Source: Tubulanus polymorphus
Taxonomy: Eukaryota; Animalia; Nemertea
Direction of reading: 5' to 3'
NCBI RefSeq assembly: GCF_964204645.1
Contig: NC_134026.1
Location: 17,394,150-17,458,149, forward strand
Length of the DNA: 64,000 bases
The notes below the pieces were generated by a model. The model was not told where the DNA came from and searched no databases. It worked only from the letters and a program-made list of their open reading frames with translations. Positions 39,951 through 52,291 of this stretch are shown here, one piece after another. How positions within the stretch are numbered: position 1 is the first letter of the stretch; every line of letters begins with the position of its first letter. The position numbers and the translations under genes are program-made.

Positions 39951-41687
39951 TGTGAGGCACCCTTTCTACCCCCTATTAAGTCAAGGATAATCGAACCAGG
40001 GCGGTTTGAGTTCACTGCCACCTCCATTGTACATAGAGTACGTGTACGGGAGGGGGGGTTCATCGTCGAAACTGAAATTCGAAACTGAAATATGTGTAAG
40101 TTGTAGATCAACGATAACGAGCAATAGATTAATACATTCCAAATTAATTGAAATAGCCCAGGCATCAGGCCGATGTCGAAAGCGGCTTTTGATGCATTAC
40201 CACTTTAGTGCTAACACTTCATATTTTTAACTTTGGGCTATCGGTCTATTTGTGTTGGTTTTTTCTTGTCTTATATTGTAAATTTTCTTGTAGTAAAATG
40301 CTTATTAACATGCTTAACATACTAGAAAGTCAATGAAGATTTTTTATATTCAATTTATGATAGACGAAGCATGTGAGTGAAAGTACAGTTTAGTATATGT
40401 TTTTAAGACAGATAATTATTTGTTGGAATAAATTGACATGACACCTCTGTATTTGACTTTGAATTGAGCGTATGGGAATTCCCCGATTATTACGATAGGC
40501 AGCGCATGGGTACTGGGAAATTGATTATTGGTTTTATTTGATTTTAGTAATTAAATGTTTCATTATATCATCAACTGAGTTTCATCATCATGGATAGAGT
40601 GATGAATGTTAAACTAAAATACGGAAAAAATACCTCGATAGGAAAATTAATTCGCAGTATTTAGAGCCTCGAACCGCTCGAGCGTTCGGGTCTAGCGAGG
40701 AAACTCGTGCTTAGCGGCACTCAGACTGGGTTCAGACATTTGAGTCGGACTTAGTCATACATTTCAAAAAATTCCAATCAATGCTTTCAGAGCGCTATAA
40801 CCCTCGCGAGTTGGACTGAAACGCTTATCACCGATGAGTCATCGAATCTGAGAGAGAATACACTTTTTGTTCGAAAAGTAAATGGAAATATAATACATGT
40901 AATACTCGCAGCGAATACAAAATGACCAACGTCACGATAATATTTGTTTATTATAATCTATAAATGAATATTATGTTTTATAATATTCATTCTTATAATA
41001 TTTATTTATCATATGACAATCCTACTTTACAGTAGGCGTTTTTATGTACTTTTAAGAGATTGTCGAATGTTATATTCATTGAATTAATAAATGTATAAAT
41101 GCTCGGATTATTCCGGGATAAAATTGCTTCTTTGGGTAGTATACGTATGTGCAGGGTATCCGTCTTCGACCGATTGGTTGATGGGGAGACATATCAGCGT
41201 TACAGTAATAAGAAAGATAGGTCATGAGCTTCCTCACTGAATTGCCAATTGTAGGACTTCACTAATTTCCTCACAGAGGGTGATATCTTCCAAAATGGCT
41301 AATGATGTTTCGTATCTTATTTTATTATGTTAAAAACTTTCCCACATTTATTTAGGACCAGAACATTGTCTTATTTACGTGAAAAACCCTGCCCCAATTA
41401 CAGTGATGTGTCTTCCAAAGAACCTCCCAACCAATTTATATAGTATACATCAGAGCAAATCGAAATCGAAAATAGATAGAGTGATAGTGATCTTTTTTAT
41501 GCATTTCGCCTTGATCAATAATTAGTATCGTGTATTTGTAATGCACTTAAGGACATTATAATTGTAGTACGGTAGTGAAAGTAGTGTTCATTAGTCTATT
41601 CAGAGTTTAGATATGATAATAAGAATGACATTCCCAACCATTCACAAAATGAGTGCGCATGTGACTCTGGAGATCATACGCCATTTT

Positions 41688-42709
41688 TATGGTGGCTGAT
41701 TCGGGCCAAGTAAAATTTTTTCTTTCGTCCTCCACGAAAACGCGCAAAAACAAATATTACCGCGCAAAAACAGACTTTTAACGCGCAAAAACAAAATAAT
41801 CCGTTTTTGTGCGGGCGCAAAAACGAAAGTTTGTATTTGCGCGGGCGCAAAAACAAATATTACCGCGCAAAAACAAACTTTTAACGCGCAAAAACGAAAT
41901 AATCCGTTTTTGCGCGCTAAAAATTTGTTTTTGCGCGGGTGCACAGTATTTCTATCAAACACGTTCGTACCAAGTGATCCAGATTCAAATTCAATTTTCT
42001 GCTAGATGTCTCTCAGAAAATGGATCTCTCAGAAATGAAGATAAATCTCTATATGTAAGGTAGAAAATTAGCAGAAAATTACGCCGATATTTTTCTTCAT
42101 ATTTCAAAAAGTTTTGTGACACCGTAAAAACCGTTATGATATGTTAATATACATTAATAACAACCACGCGTTATTAATATGGTTGTGTGTGGGCTGATGT
42201 GCCTACGTCATCAATATATAATGGGCTAGACTGGTTGCTGGTCAATCAAATTCAACTATCGGTATTTTCAAGCTCAATATAACTTCATTGTATTGTGACA
42301 ATCGAAGACCATAACAAGCGATATATGCATATTTGTATTCATCAAGGGGTCGTAAATTTAAGTAAAGTTAGTTTTCCTTTTAAATCAATCAATACAACTG
42401 CATAGATTAATTACTTCTTTAGTTACTGTTTAATCTATTAGATGGCGACAGCGGGACATCATAGTAGCGCGCGTAAATTATTTGAATATATGTTTTTTGC
42501 GTTACTTGACGACCGCACAAAAACAAATCTTTTGCGCGCAAAAACAAATATTACCGCGCAAAAACAAACTTTTAGCGCGCAAAAACGGATTATTCGTTAA
42601 AAGTTTGTTTTTGCTCGGTAATATTTGTTTTTGCGCGGTAATATTTGTTTTTGCACGTTTTCGTGGAGGACGAAAAAAAAATTTTACATGGCCCGAATCA
42701 GCCACCATA
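41688..42709. mobile_element. Non-autonomous IS3EU-like DNA transposon, 1022 bp
   Basis: TIR TATGGTGGCTGATTCGGGCCA...TGGCCCGAATCAGCCACCATA with a 6-bp TSD CATTTT (41682-41687, 42710-42715). The arms are built from CGCGCAAAAACAAA repeats. TAY..RTA ends with a 6-bp TSD are characteristic of IS3EU. Confidence 0.8.
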
Positions 42710-42744
42710 CATTTTAGACTGCATTTGTTTGAAATTGTGTCGTT

Positions 42745-43048
42745 TAGATGTTTCGGATAAAGAAAATAAGCAAATGAACATGTCTTTGTTCCTGCCCACT
42801 TAACCTTCTATGCATCGAGACTCTGAAAAGCTCCCGCCCTCGTCTCATTTAAGTATAACACGGTGAATATCTTTTTTAGATTTATAAAGAAAAAAACTTC
42901 CCGCCCTGGTCTCCTTGGAATATATAAAAACACTAGTTTATTTCCACGTTTTTATTTCAAAAAAAGGTTATAACCAAAGAATTCGCCCTCGTCATGTCTA
43001 GAGAGAGGTTTGGATGAGAAACAAGGTATTAACTTTAAAGGGTCTAAA
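42745..43048 (+). mobile_element. Dispersed repeat, second copy of 25572-25880
   Basis: Colinear similarity over about 300 bp. Confidence 0.7.
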
Positions 43049-43989
43049 GGATGATTTTATGTGCCTATAGCATATGCGAATGATTTCCATAGAATGAAAC
43101 CAGTTATGGATAAATTGGTCTAATTGAGTCTGCTCGACAAAATTTATGAAAAAGTATATATAGAAATTTAGAGATATAGACTCAATAGCGTTGAAATTGT
43201 CAAAAGCCCATATTATATTTGCTGATTTAGGGTACCTCACATGCCTCGCGCTAGGCACTCAAAACAACCGAAATGCCCTTGTTGGAAAGACAGAAAATTT
43301 CGAAATGAATTTGAAAAACTTTACAAATGTCTTATCAGGCAATATTTCCCGAGGGTTTGCCTCAAACAAATGTTTCCTTGGGATCCTGAATGCTATTTCA
43401 GATATTCAAATGTACGCATTGTGGATTTTCTGGAGTGTTTTTTGAAAAATTGCCCTTTTCTCTTCGGTGAGGCAGTAAAAAATAGACCCTGGATCCGCCC
43501 CTGTATTGGACTACTATAAATTAAATATAGATTTAATTAGAAAATCGAAGATATCTTAATTAACTTAAGGGTAATCCTAGCGTTGGTACTTTTTTAGAGA
43601 AGATAAGGCTTGAGATTCTTGATCAGCTAAGGCTTCGATGGCTGGTGTTTCATACTATTATTTGAAATCATAAGACCCATACTTGAAAACCGAGACTTCT
43701 TCTCGTAGGATACCGTTACAATAAGAAACTAGAGAATTTCGGTTGTTTCTTTTTAGTCTTATTTTCATGACTTGGTGTTTTCAGTATAATTTAATTCTCA
43801 TCTATGTACAATATTCAAATGTCAAGTACATACATCGCTGTAGAGCGTCAGGTGACTCGATTCGTCACAGGTGTCAGCCGCGTATAGGAGGATATAAAGT
43901 TCAAATTTGCGATTCGATTCCTGTATGACCGTTATCAATGAAATATTGAATGAATATATAATACAGAAGAGATGCATTGCCCTTGTCTG

Positions 43990-44380
43990 GCACCGATGGT
44001 GCAGTTTCAAAAAGTACTTTTTACACATCGTTGTTGGCATACATACTTAATGATATTATACATCTTACCGTTAATGCCAGTATTTTTTTCCTGAGGATAG
44101 TTTGATAAATCAAAGAAATCCACAAGCTCTAAACATGTGTTATTCTTTACACAATAATCAATAATAGAAGACTGGGTGAGCAATTGCTGTGATGTATACC
44201 ATTGTTTTGTCGACAACCAGCCTGGGAGTTATTGACAACAAGATATCAGTTTCAGTCCACTGAATGAGACGTGTGTTAGGAATTATAGAGAAGAGTTTTC
44301 CAAAGGAACTTAAACTTGTGATTCTGCGATAGTTATTCAGATCAGTAAGCCTTTTCGGTCCTTTTTATGGATTGGAAATC
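43990..44380 (-). mobile_element. Degenerate LINE reverse transcriptase N-terminal fragment
   Basis: Minus-strand PIHKK...DLNNYRRITSLSSFGKLFSII.NTRL..W.E...SQAGCR...FFDLS...GINGKMYNIIK, with frameshifts. Confidence 0.8.
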
Positions 44381-45728
44381 GCTGAAGAATCGTTCAAATT
44401 CCTCCAAGGTCATGAGTAACCAAATTTTGATGGGAGTTTTCATTTTGAAGGGATACAACAAAAAGACATGTGACCTATTGACTGCATATTAATGTTTTCA
44501 AGTGACATGATCCAAATCCTGAAGAAATGGTTCCCTAAAGTGCACCTTAATCTACGTAAAATGGTTCAACTCAGGGAGAAACACACTCGATAATGATGGT
44601 TATCAAAGCTGTGGGTATTTGGGTGTTGAATGAGTTTAGCATGCGTAATGTGCATTTGTGGCCAGCACACAGATCACACCGATCATACATGTAGTTATGC
44701 AGGGAGAGGCAACAATATGTGAAATGAGGTGATAAAATTTCAGTTTATTTCCACACCACATATTTCCAATGCATTTCTTTGAAAGAATCGAATGATTTAG
44801 GTTTCATTTTTTTCGATCACTCATCATTGTACGGGATACTAACGTGGACATGATGCAATCCCTGATCGCATAGAGACTTTTCATCGCCATTAATGTTACA
44901 TGATTGAGATTATTCAACTGTTCGTGAAATCGTCCAAAATAGATTCAATGATTTCAATTGAATCTATGGCTTCAAAGTACCCCGTTAGCTTTGTTTATGA
45001 CATAGTTTGAGTATTGAGTACACCATTTATCAATATCGACTTCTGTCCAAATCTCATTATGAAAATTAAGATCATCCGTGAAAGTATTACTTGCTGAGAT
45101 TTTTTTTAGGGTTAGTTCAACCGCTTGTTTTGTGGTGAAATACATGCCAGTATGAGGTCGCCGACACCACATAAGAGAGGTAGAGAGAAACACGGTACTG
45201 CTTGGAATACGGACACGATCTGGGTTTTGTGCATAGCACATGGCTTGATATATACAACTTTATCTATAGAAATTCAACGATATGTGACAGAGATTGAGAT
45301 TTGTGACTGAGAACTCAATGTGCGTTGACGGGGCTTAAACACTATCGCGCGAGTCACGACATGTTTCATATTAATGAAAATAGCAAATGGGGTATTTTGA
45401 AACTCATGAGATCTGCTGTTAACCTTCATTGATTTTTCACCAACAAATACATTATTTGTGAAATCCTCATTCCGAATCTTTATCTCTTCTCGTATTTTAT
45501 TGAGCAAGTGAAATAGACAGGTAGGTACCTTTGTTTTTAAGGATTGAGTCAATTAAAGATATATTGACTTATTGTTAATCGAGCACTAATCCTCAAGTCG
45601 ACAGATTCCTCAGGTTCTGAGGTTATATTAACATAAATCAGGAGATTTTGAAAAAAAAATATTCTTTCAGCTCCTGATTCTGACTGGATCACGAACTAAT
45701 TGTTGCAGCTTATCGATTGTATACTTAG

Positions 45729-45844
45729 ACTCATCCTCCCACGGCAGAGATTCCAACCTGATGGCATCGCTACACTCGGCCACGGCACGAACCACACCGC
45801 GGCAAACTCGATGCAATCAGGTTCCCTGCCGCGGGAGGCTGACT
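45729..45844. mobile_element. Short palindromic MITE or GC-rich hairpin
   Basis: CCTCCCACGGCAG..AACCTGATGGCATCG pairs with CGATGCAATCAGGTT..CTGCCGCGGGAGG. Confidence 0.6.
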
Positions 45845-46527
45845 GAAATTATATTGGCTACAGAAAATAATTTAGAAGCCCTCTTCTCATTGTCTGACAA
45901 TCGATGATCCCGCAGTTGGTATGTTTAATTTTGTGCAGAAAAGTCGTTCGTTACGCTGTTTAATTCATGTACCGCAAAAGTCTCATCATTGATGGTGCCT
46001 GACGGTACGTAATCATTAGGAGATTCGGCTGTTTCAATATATCCTGTAGTCTTATAATTTCTGCTCTCAAACATTCGATTCTATCTTCTAATATGCATTT
46101 TTCTGAATTCGTAAAATTGGAGTACTCACAAGGGGGGAGTTATAGGTTGTATGGGTGATGAAAGTGTGACGAAGGCGCTGATGCCGAGTGATCATTTGAA
46201 GAAGGGGTTGCAGTTGAAGGTGGTACTTTTAAAAGAACATTCAACTTATTCATACCGTTGATCAGTATTGAACTTTTCTACTACTACTAATGCGGTACGG
46301 GATGGTCGATTTTGTGTTCGAATATTTTCAAAAATCCGAACCGACAAGATCTTAAAAAAAAACAATGTCTCGATGACATTGTACGCCATAGCAGCTGTTC
46401 TGACACGTTCGATTTCTGTTTGCCGTAGGCTTTAAACTTTCCCAGCTGAAAACTTAGAAAACAGCAGGCACGATATCAAATATACAATATTCTTTTTTGG
46501 AGCATGTCTTTGATTACAACTATCTGA

Positions 46528-46579
46528 TATAAATAGCGCAAATCAAAAAGCACCACTCAATAATCTTAACGGAACACTG
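46528..46579 (+). promoter_or_regulatory. TATA box and short non-coding first exon of the secreted-protein gene
   Basis: TATAAATA at 46528-46535 predicts a TSS near 46557. A donor CTG|GTAAGT lies at 46579/46580 and an acceptor ttttctctaatag ends at 46757. Confidence 0.6.
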
Positions 46580-46775
46580 GTAAGTAGTTGTAAGAATTTG
46601 ACATCTTTATACATTCTATCGGCGTCGTAATAGTTGAACTTTGGTTTTTGTTTTATTTTGTTCCATGGATGAAATGCGAATCAGATTATGAATTGCATAC
46701 AATACTAACTTATTCCAGCAGGTGTCATATACAAATTCACCTCGTTTTCTCTAATAGACTTCTGAACGATTGAAG

Positions 46776-46821
46776 ATGAAAGTCATCAACTCATTGCTCT
46801 TTTTATTTGCTGTTGTCTCAG
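46776..46821 (+). CDS. Uncharacterised secreted protein, coding exon 1 (signal peptide MKVINSLLFLFAVVS)
   Basis: ATG in AAGATGA context, a hydrophobic signal peptide and a phase-1 donor CAG|GTAAGA. Confidence 0.75.
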
Positions 46822-47261
46822 GTAAGAGCATATTAAGCTTAATTTATTTGGTTTATAATGAATATTATCTCTCTATGAATTCACCCGGTCCCCGGTCCTG
46901 GAAGTGGTTGTTCCCATAGTGCTCCGTTGCTCTGCGATCCTAGTGTACTAAACCACCCAGACACGAGCATTCAAATTATGCAGTACACTAAGGTCTTTGG
47001 TGAATCCATAAAGAGAATCTCCAAACCGTTTAGCGTCTCACTGGGGGCATTTTTGCTATTTGTTTCATGGGGTTCAGAAATTAAGTTGTGATCCTAGAAT
47101 ATATCATCGGAAGGTTTTGAACGGATCGTATTTTTAATTTGTGAGAAATTATATTTTCTTTAATTTGTTTTTGGGTTTGGAAGCGGTTGTATGATTTACG
47201 TCGTTGTCGTTGTAGCAACATTTTCTGCAGATCTTGCAGGCATCATCTGGCTAAACATCTG

Positions 47262-47363
47262 AGATCCCGGTTTTATAGACTAGTATTAACTTGAGCCCGG
47301 GCGCTAACTTAATCAAGAGTTAGCCCCCGGGGCAAAGATAATACCAGTCTGTAAAACCAGGCC
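47262..47363. mobile_element. Palindromic Harbinger-type MITE (intronic)
   Basis: CCGGTTTTATAGACTAGTATT is inverted as AATACCAGTCTGTAAAACCAGG, with CTG on both flanks. Confidence 0.65.
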
Positions 47364-50300
47364 CTGGATTTTATCTTGACTGACATGTACATACGATAGC
47401 GCCAACAGAAATCCATAGTAGATCAGAAGTAAGACTGGTGATGGGTACTATTTGAAAGTTATAAGTTGTCTTCCGGACAGTGTCGATCAAAGTGACCGCT
47501 TTAGGTTTACAAAAACAAATGATTCGATAAATTTATACAGAGGATGGAATAAATGATTATTGATTTTAATAACATATTTAGAATAGCTTAATAACTTGAT
47601 AATTGATAAGATTCATACTTAAGCTGGGCGATATGTATATACGTGTATTCATTTTTTAAACCAATATCTGATGTAAACATTTCTCGCTTCAAGCTTTTAG
47701 TAAGTGTTATTTTACTTACTACATGTCGTCACGCGTAATCCTTTGAATATGACATCCTCGCAATTGAAATGCATGGATATGAGGAAACCTCAGTTCAAAG
47801 GCTAGTCATCAATGTCTAAAAATTACCCAAAAAACACATATTTGGTAACGATGCTCGAAACTGCTGACGAAGATTGGTTGCTGGTTGTCATCACTTGGTT
47901 GCAGCTCATAACTTCAAGATGAATTTGTCGCAGGCCACGCAGATAGCTGATCATAAAACATAATTGATTTTAGAAGGAACTGCAATCGGGGAACCATGAT
48001 GAAAATGTACCAGGACACGAACCAACAAACTAATTGTACTGTCGTGTGCGTGCTGCTAACATATGTAAAACCCAGCAACCAGACTTTACTTCGTCAGTTT
48101 TCTAAAAAATGTATATTTTGCTATTTTAACACATTAATTAATGTCGAGCCTTTGAAGTGAGGTTTGATCGTATCCAACGCATCGCGAGAATGTCATTATT
48201 GAGTACGCGTGACGACGTATAGTAATTATAGGATACATATGTCTTTCCAAAAGCTTGAAGCGAGAGATTTTTATTACAAATGGACAAAACAATAATCATG
48301 ACAGATTTATCTCTCAATTTTCGATTCGGCAAACGAGAACATTCAGATATAGTTACAGTTCGCGTAGTTGTAGTTTTATTTCATATATCTGAGCTAGAAC
48401 CGACCCCGTTTAAAATGAACGAAACAGATGAAATCTCCTAAGATGGTCATAGGTAGTAACATTTTTAAGAACATTGCATGATAAAGCTTTATTGAGTGTA
48501 TTGAGTTAAACTGTTTAAGATGCCCTCTTTTTGTAAATCATATGATGTGGACCTTTGCATAACCGGCTCAAGGTCTCTAACAGATCATTCCTTAGTAACT
48601 GAGAATATCCTCTCATTACTACTTATTCCAGTTTGCACGTGGACACGGATCATGTCCCACTCTTGAACAAATTCGTGAAACCCAAACGTGAACGTGGTCT
48701 TCTCTGGCATAAGATTTGGACTAATAAACCAATTCATGAAACTGATTGAAATTCGTAAAAATACAGGAAAAGATTACTATTAGTGTCAAATCGATTCAAC
48801 ATGACAAGCTGGCTGAATCCCTGTTAGAAGAAAAAAATTATGTCATTCTGGCAAGGTGTAAGACGACTTACACGTACTAGTTCTAATCCATTAAGTAAAA
48901 TTGCCGACGCCTCCGGTGGGAACGATTTACATTATGCTCTCGAGTCAGTACCATCGAGTGCTTCATCTTTAGAATATCTTGATAGGGATTTTATACCCGT
49001 AGTTCCAATTCTGCACTAGAAAATCATTGAAGTACAGCGGAATTGCTCTGTCGAGCATAGCAAACAAATCGTTCGAACATTTTGAAAAAGTTACGACATT
49101 TTAAAATTGAGGGATTTACAATTTGGATTCGAACCGGGTCATTCGACGGCTAAATGTCGACGTTGAAAAACCTCAAGCAGACAGCACACATGTGTTGTAA
49201 TGCCGATATTCGAATGATATAGACCAGTCTTGGGTCTAGTCGAGAACGATCGATTTTCTCTACTGCAGTCGAGAATGTGTAAGCGTTAGACAACTTCGCA
49301 ATTCTAACACATTAGAGGCACACTTTTTTAGGTCCAGTTGCAATGAACTTTTAATGATATAACAAAATCGCACACCACACAACAATACCACAGTATTGCG
49401 ATGTTATGGTAAATCTTCATACAGGACGATCATGGTATTCTTGCCAAATACAAAACATTTAGTAATTATGGCTGATAAACTGAGGTTTAGAATGCCTTAG
49501 AATTGCTCCTTGGAGCCTTGTTTTTGGATTGGAAAAGTTTTCTCATTCGGCGAATGCTTACGTGTTGAACTGTTAACATAATCTGCACGACATTGAGTGG
49601 TTAGTGTTCCTCTTTGTGATTATGTGCCTTTTTCTGTGCTCTGTGGACGTATCTCAAGCCATTCTTTCGTTTCAACCATCGATATTGTTCTACATCTTAA
49701 CTATCTTCTACTTCTGGATACACATATCGTCTCATCACAACTTGTTTTGTGTTACTCTTACCTATGAACGATGACGATGCCGAGCTACATTCTCATTGCC
49801 GTCTTCCGTGTAAAATATCGTTCTACCGATTTACAGAAACTTAAAAATGATCTCGGGCTTGGGTAATTGCCGTATTGGATATATAATTGCTTCATCGCCG
49901 TCTTCACCGCCCATTTGAAATATCAAAGGCTACATACCTGATGACTATCTTAAGATGTAGATATTTTCACTAAAAAAGAAAACTAATGGATACAATTCAT
50001 AAACCATAATAACTTCCTGTGTTAATAAGAAATTGGGGCATCGGTGAAATAAACAAGGGCGGATCCAGCGGCAACGGGAATGTGGTCTCAGCATATTTAT
50101 TTTCAAATTTAGGGCCCTTTCCTAAGCTTCGCTGCGATTTCGTTGTTCGCCAACTGAGCACATTCCGTTGGTACTAAATAACCGACTTGATAATAATCTA
50201 TACCGGGGCCCAGTTTTATGGACTGGTTTGCAAACCTCGGGTTGAATCAATTCGTTATCAATTCAGTTAACTAAAGTTAATGCCAGTTTAAAACCATCGC

Positions 50301-50581
50301 CTGGAGCCTGCGGTTAAGAATTAATGAGGTAGACTTTATGGTGTGAGTGAGCACTCACACCGTACTAAACTTTACAGGGATCGGGTCGTTATCAGGATAA
50401 ATAAGTGTAAGAAAATTTGTAACATCTTGTCCCGGGCATGCGATGGTCTAAGGCTATCGACTCGGCATAAACAGTCTACATCGGGTTATTTTAGCGCTTT
50501 GGTAAAGATCCTATAAACTTAACCTACAAGCTTCTTATCCGTCAACTTCTATAATATGAATTTTAATCTTTTGTTTTTCAG

Positions 50582-50689
50582 CGGTTTTCGGTGATGCATG
50601 TCCGGTTCAACGCAATCCGAACAATTGTGACCCATCACGAGCTGCCACTGATTACATAGCATGCTTAAGTGATTTCTTCCGGAGGCAAG
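50582..50689 (+). CDS. Uncharacterised secreted protein, coding exon 2 (AVFGDACPVQRNPNNCDPSRAATDYIACLSDFFRRQ)
   Basis: Acceptor ttttgtttttcag and donor AAG|GTAAGT bound a 108-nt phase 1-1 open exon. It completes a plausible signal cleavage site VFG|D. Confidence 0.8.
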
Positions 50690-50755
50690 GTAAGTCAAAC
50701 ATTCTGTGGTGCCCGTTTGTAAACGCCATCATAAAAGGCTTAAGTTTACCTACAG

Positions 50756-51345
50756 CAGGTGTAGAACTAGGGGTAGTTCGGGATTTTTGAAACTCCATCA
50801 AGACCTGAAGTGCCTTTAAAAGATTATTTTGAAAAAATTTCTAAAAAAATAAATCATTTTAGATTTTTCTCAAACGACGCCAAATGGTCAACGTTGATAA
50901 ATGTATCAACTATTCTGTATTCCATTATAGGTTGTTCATGTGAATACCCACGTAGAATATAACCTGTTTTCAACCAGATCCAATTGTCTATTAGTCTAGA
51001 TGCTGACCTAATTTCAGGCACGTCGCAAGGGGTTGCGTTGTCTAGGATCGCAACCTACATCTCGCAGAATTCAGAGTTCCACTTTATTTGTCATAGAAAA
51101 CGTTTTCAGAATTTATTTATTTATTTCCCATCACTGATCTTCCCAGACATGCTTTCAGGCGTTTGATCCCTGGCGTTTGATTTTGATGTGTTACTTTAAA
51201 GTATCATTCGAATGGGTCATGTAAAAATCTCCATATTTTCCAAAGTTTCCGGCAGAATGGTTTGAGTTTTTACGGGATTATGTTCTTATGTTAGACGTTA
51301 CCCTTATTTATGACCCCCATCATCATATTCCTGGATCCACCCCTG
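50756..51345. mobile_element. hAT-like non-autonomous element with 5-bp TSD (intronic)
   Basis: Imperfect TIRs CAGGTGTAGAACTAG and CTGGATCCACCCCTG, flanked by TACAG direct repeats (50751-50755, 51346-51350). Confidence 0.6.
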
Positions 51346-51387
51346 TACAGGATTATCAATATCTTTTATCTTTATTCATGTTTTAAG

Positions 51388-51751
51388 TTAATATCAATTC
51401 AGTTAAACCATGGGAACCGGTTTTTGTAGCCAGTGGAGGAACTGGCCAACCTATTTATGATTCATGGAAATCTACTGGGCAATCGTGCACGATGAGACCG
51501 GACGATCTAAGGGTCCCTTGTGGATGTACTTGGAAGAGTTATAAAGTCGACGTATGGGAGGAACTCCTGATTGGGGAGGTCAGAGTCGAGTTTTACAAGA
51601 ATAAAAGGATTGTGGCATTTGCTGAATTTAACGCTACCGACTCGACTAAGATGAATTGGTTTTCCCCAGAACGTCTGGGCGCGAATAGTTGGACAGATTT
51701 AAACCCGAACAATGTTACTGCAACTACGAACATTTTTAGTCTAGGCGGAGA
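51388..51751 (+). CDS. Uncharacterised secreted protein, coding exon 3 (alternative in-frame acceptors give starts at 51403 or 51430)
   Basis: Open frame VKPWEPVFVASGGTGQPIYDSW...EVRVEFYKNKRIVAFAEFNATDSTKMNWFSPERLGANSWTDL...NIFSLGG, ending at a phase-2 donor GA|GTGAGT. Confidence 0.85.
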
Positions 51752-51940
51752 GTGAGTATTCGCCACTAAACATTCAGCAAGTCTAATTCAAAATCGAACT
51801 ATTGGGTAACATGGCTGGGCCTAGCGATTTCCTATTTTGAATATAATACTACAATCAATTCATAGCAATGAGATATTATTCATTTGGTAGGAAATTAAGC
51901 GATATAAAAGTATTTCTAATTGTCTAAGTTCTAATTATAG

Positions 51941-52107
51941 TCCGAATACAGATAGACGATTTTTCATCAGCGCAAAGTATGGTGGTTGCCCAAATGATCG
52001 ACTATGGATGGTTATCGTTGACCGGCGCGCCATTAATAAATATTGTCCATATGACCAAGCCAGCGGAACTCCGCGTCTGTACTACGCACCGGGAAACACA
52101 AGGACTT
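51941..52107 (+). CDS. Uncharacterised secreted protein, coding exon 4
   Basis: Acceptor ctaattatag, then DPNTDRRFFISAKYGGCPNDRLWMVIVD...CPYD...PRLYYAPGNTRT, then a phase-1 donor T|GTAAGT. Confidence 0.85.
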
Positions 52108-52241
52108 GTAAGTATGAAAGTTTATTGTACGATATGGTAAATAACAGGGAAATAACTTATGGTGTTCAATTTCATTTCGAAATTCAAATTTCTTATGTCG
52201 TGGGGTTTCGCTATCTAAGTGAAGGATGTGTTCTTTTTCAG

Positions 52242-52291
52242 CGGGGAGCAGTCTGGGGACTGCCGACCAGATGGCGATCTTCGTTCGCTAG
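52242..52291 (+). CDS. Uncharacterised secreted protein, last coding exon (SGSSLGTADQMAIFVR*)
   Basis: Acceptor ttctttttcag, stop TAG at 52289-52291 and AATAAA at 52330-52335. Exon lengths sum to a multiple of 3 (720 or 735 nt). Confidence 0.8.

Noticed and set aside
41674-42760. Several short ORFs rich in FCA/RKNK
   Set aside because: They arise from the repeated arms of the IS3EU-like element.
49931-49970. CTGATGA as a hammerhead ribozyme core
   Set aside because: No GAAA follows the putative stem II, and stems I/III are absent.
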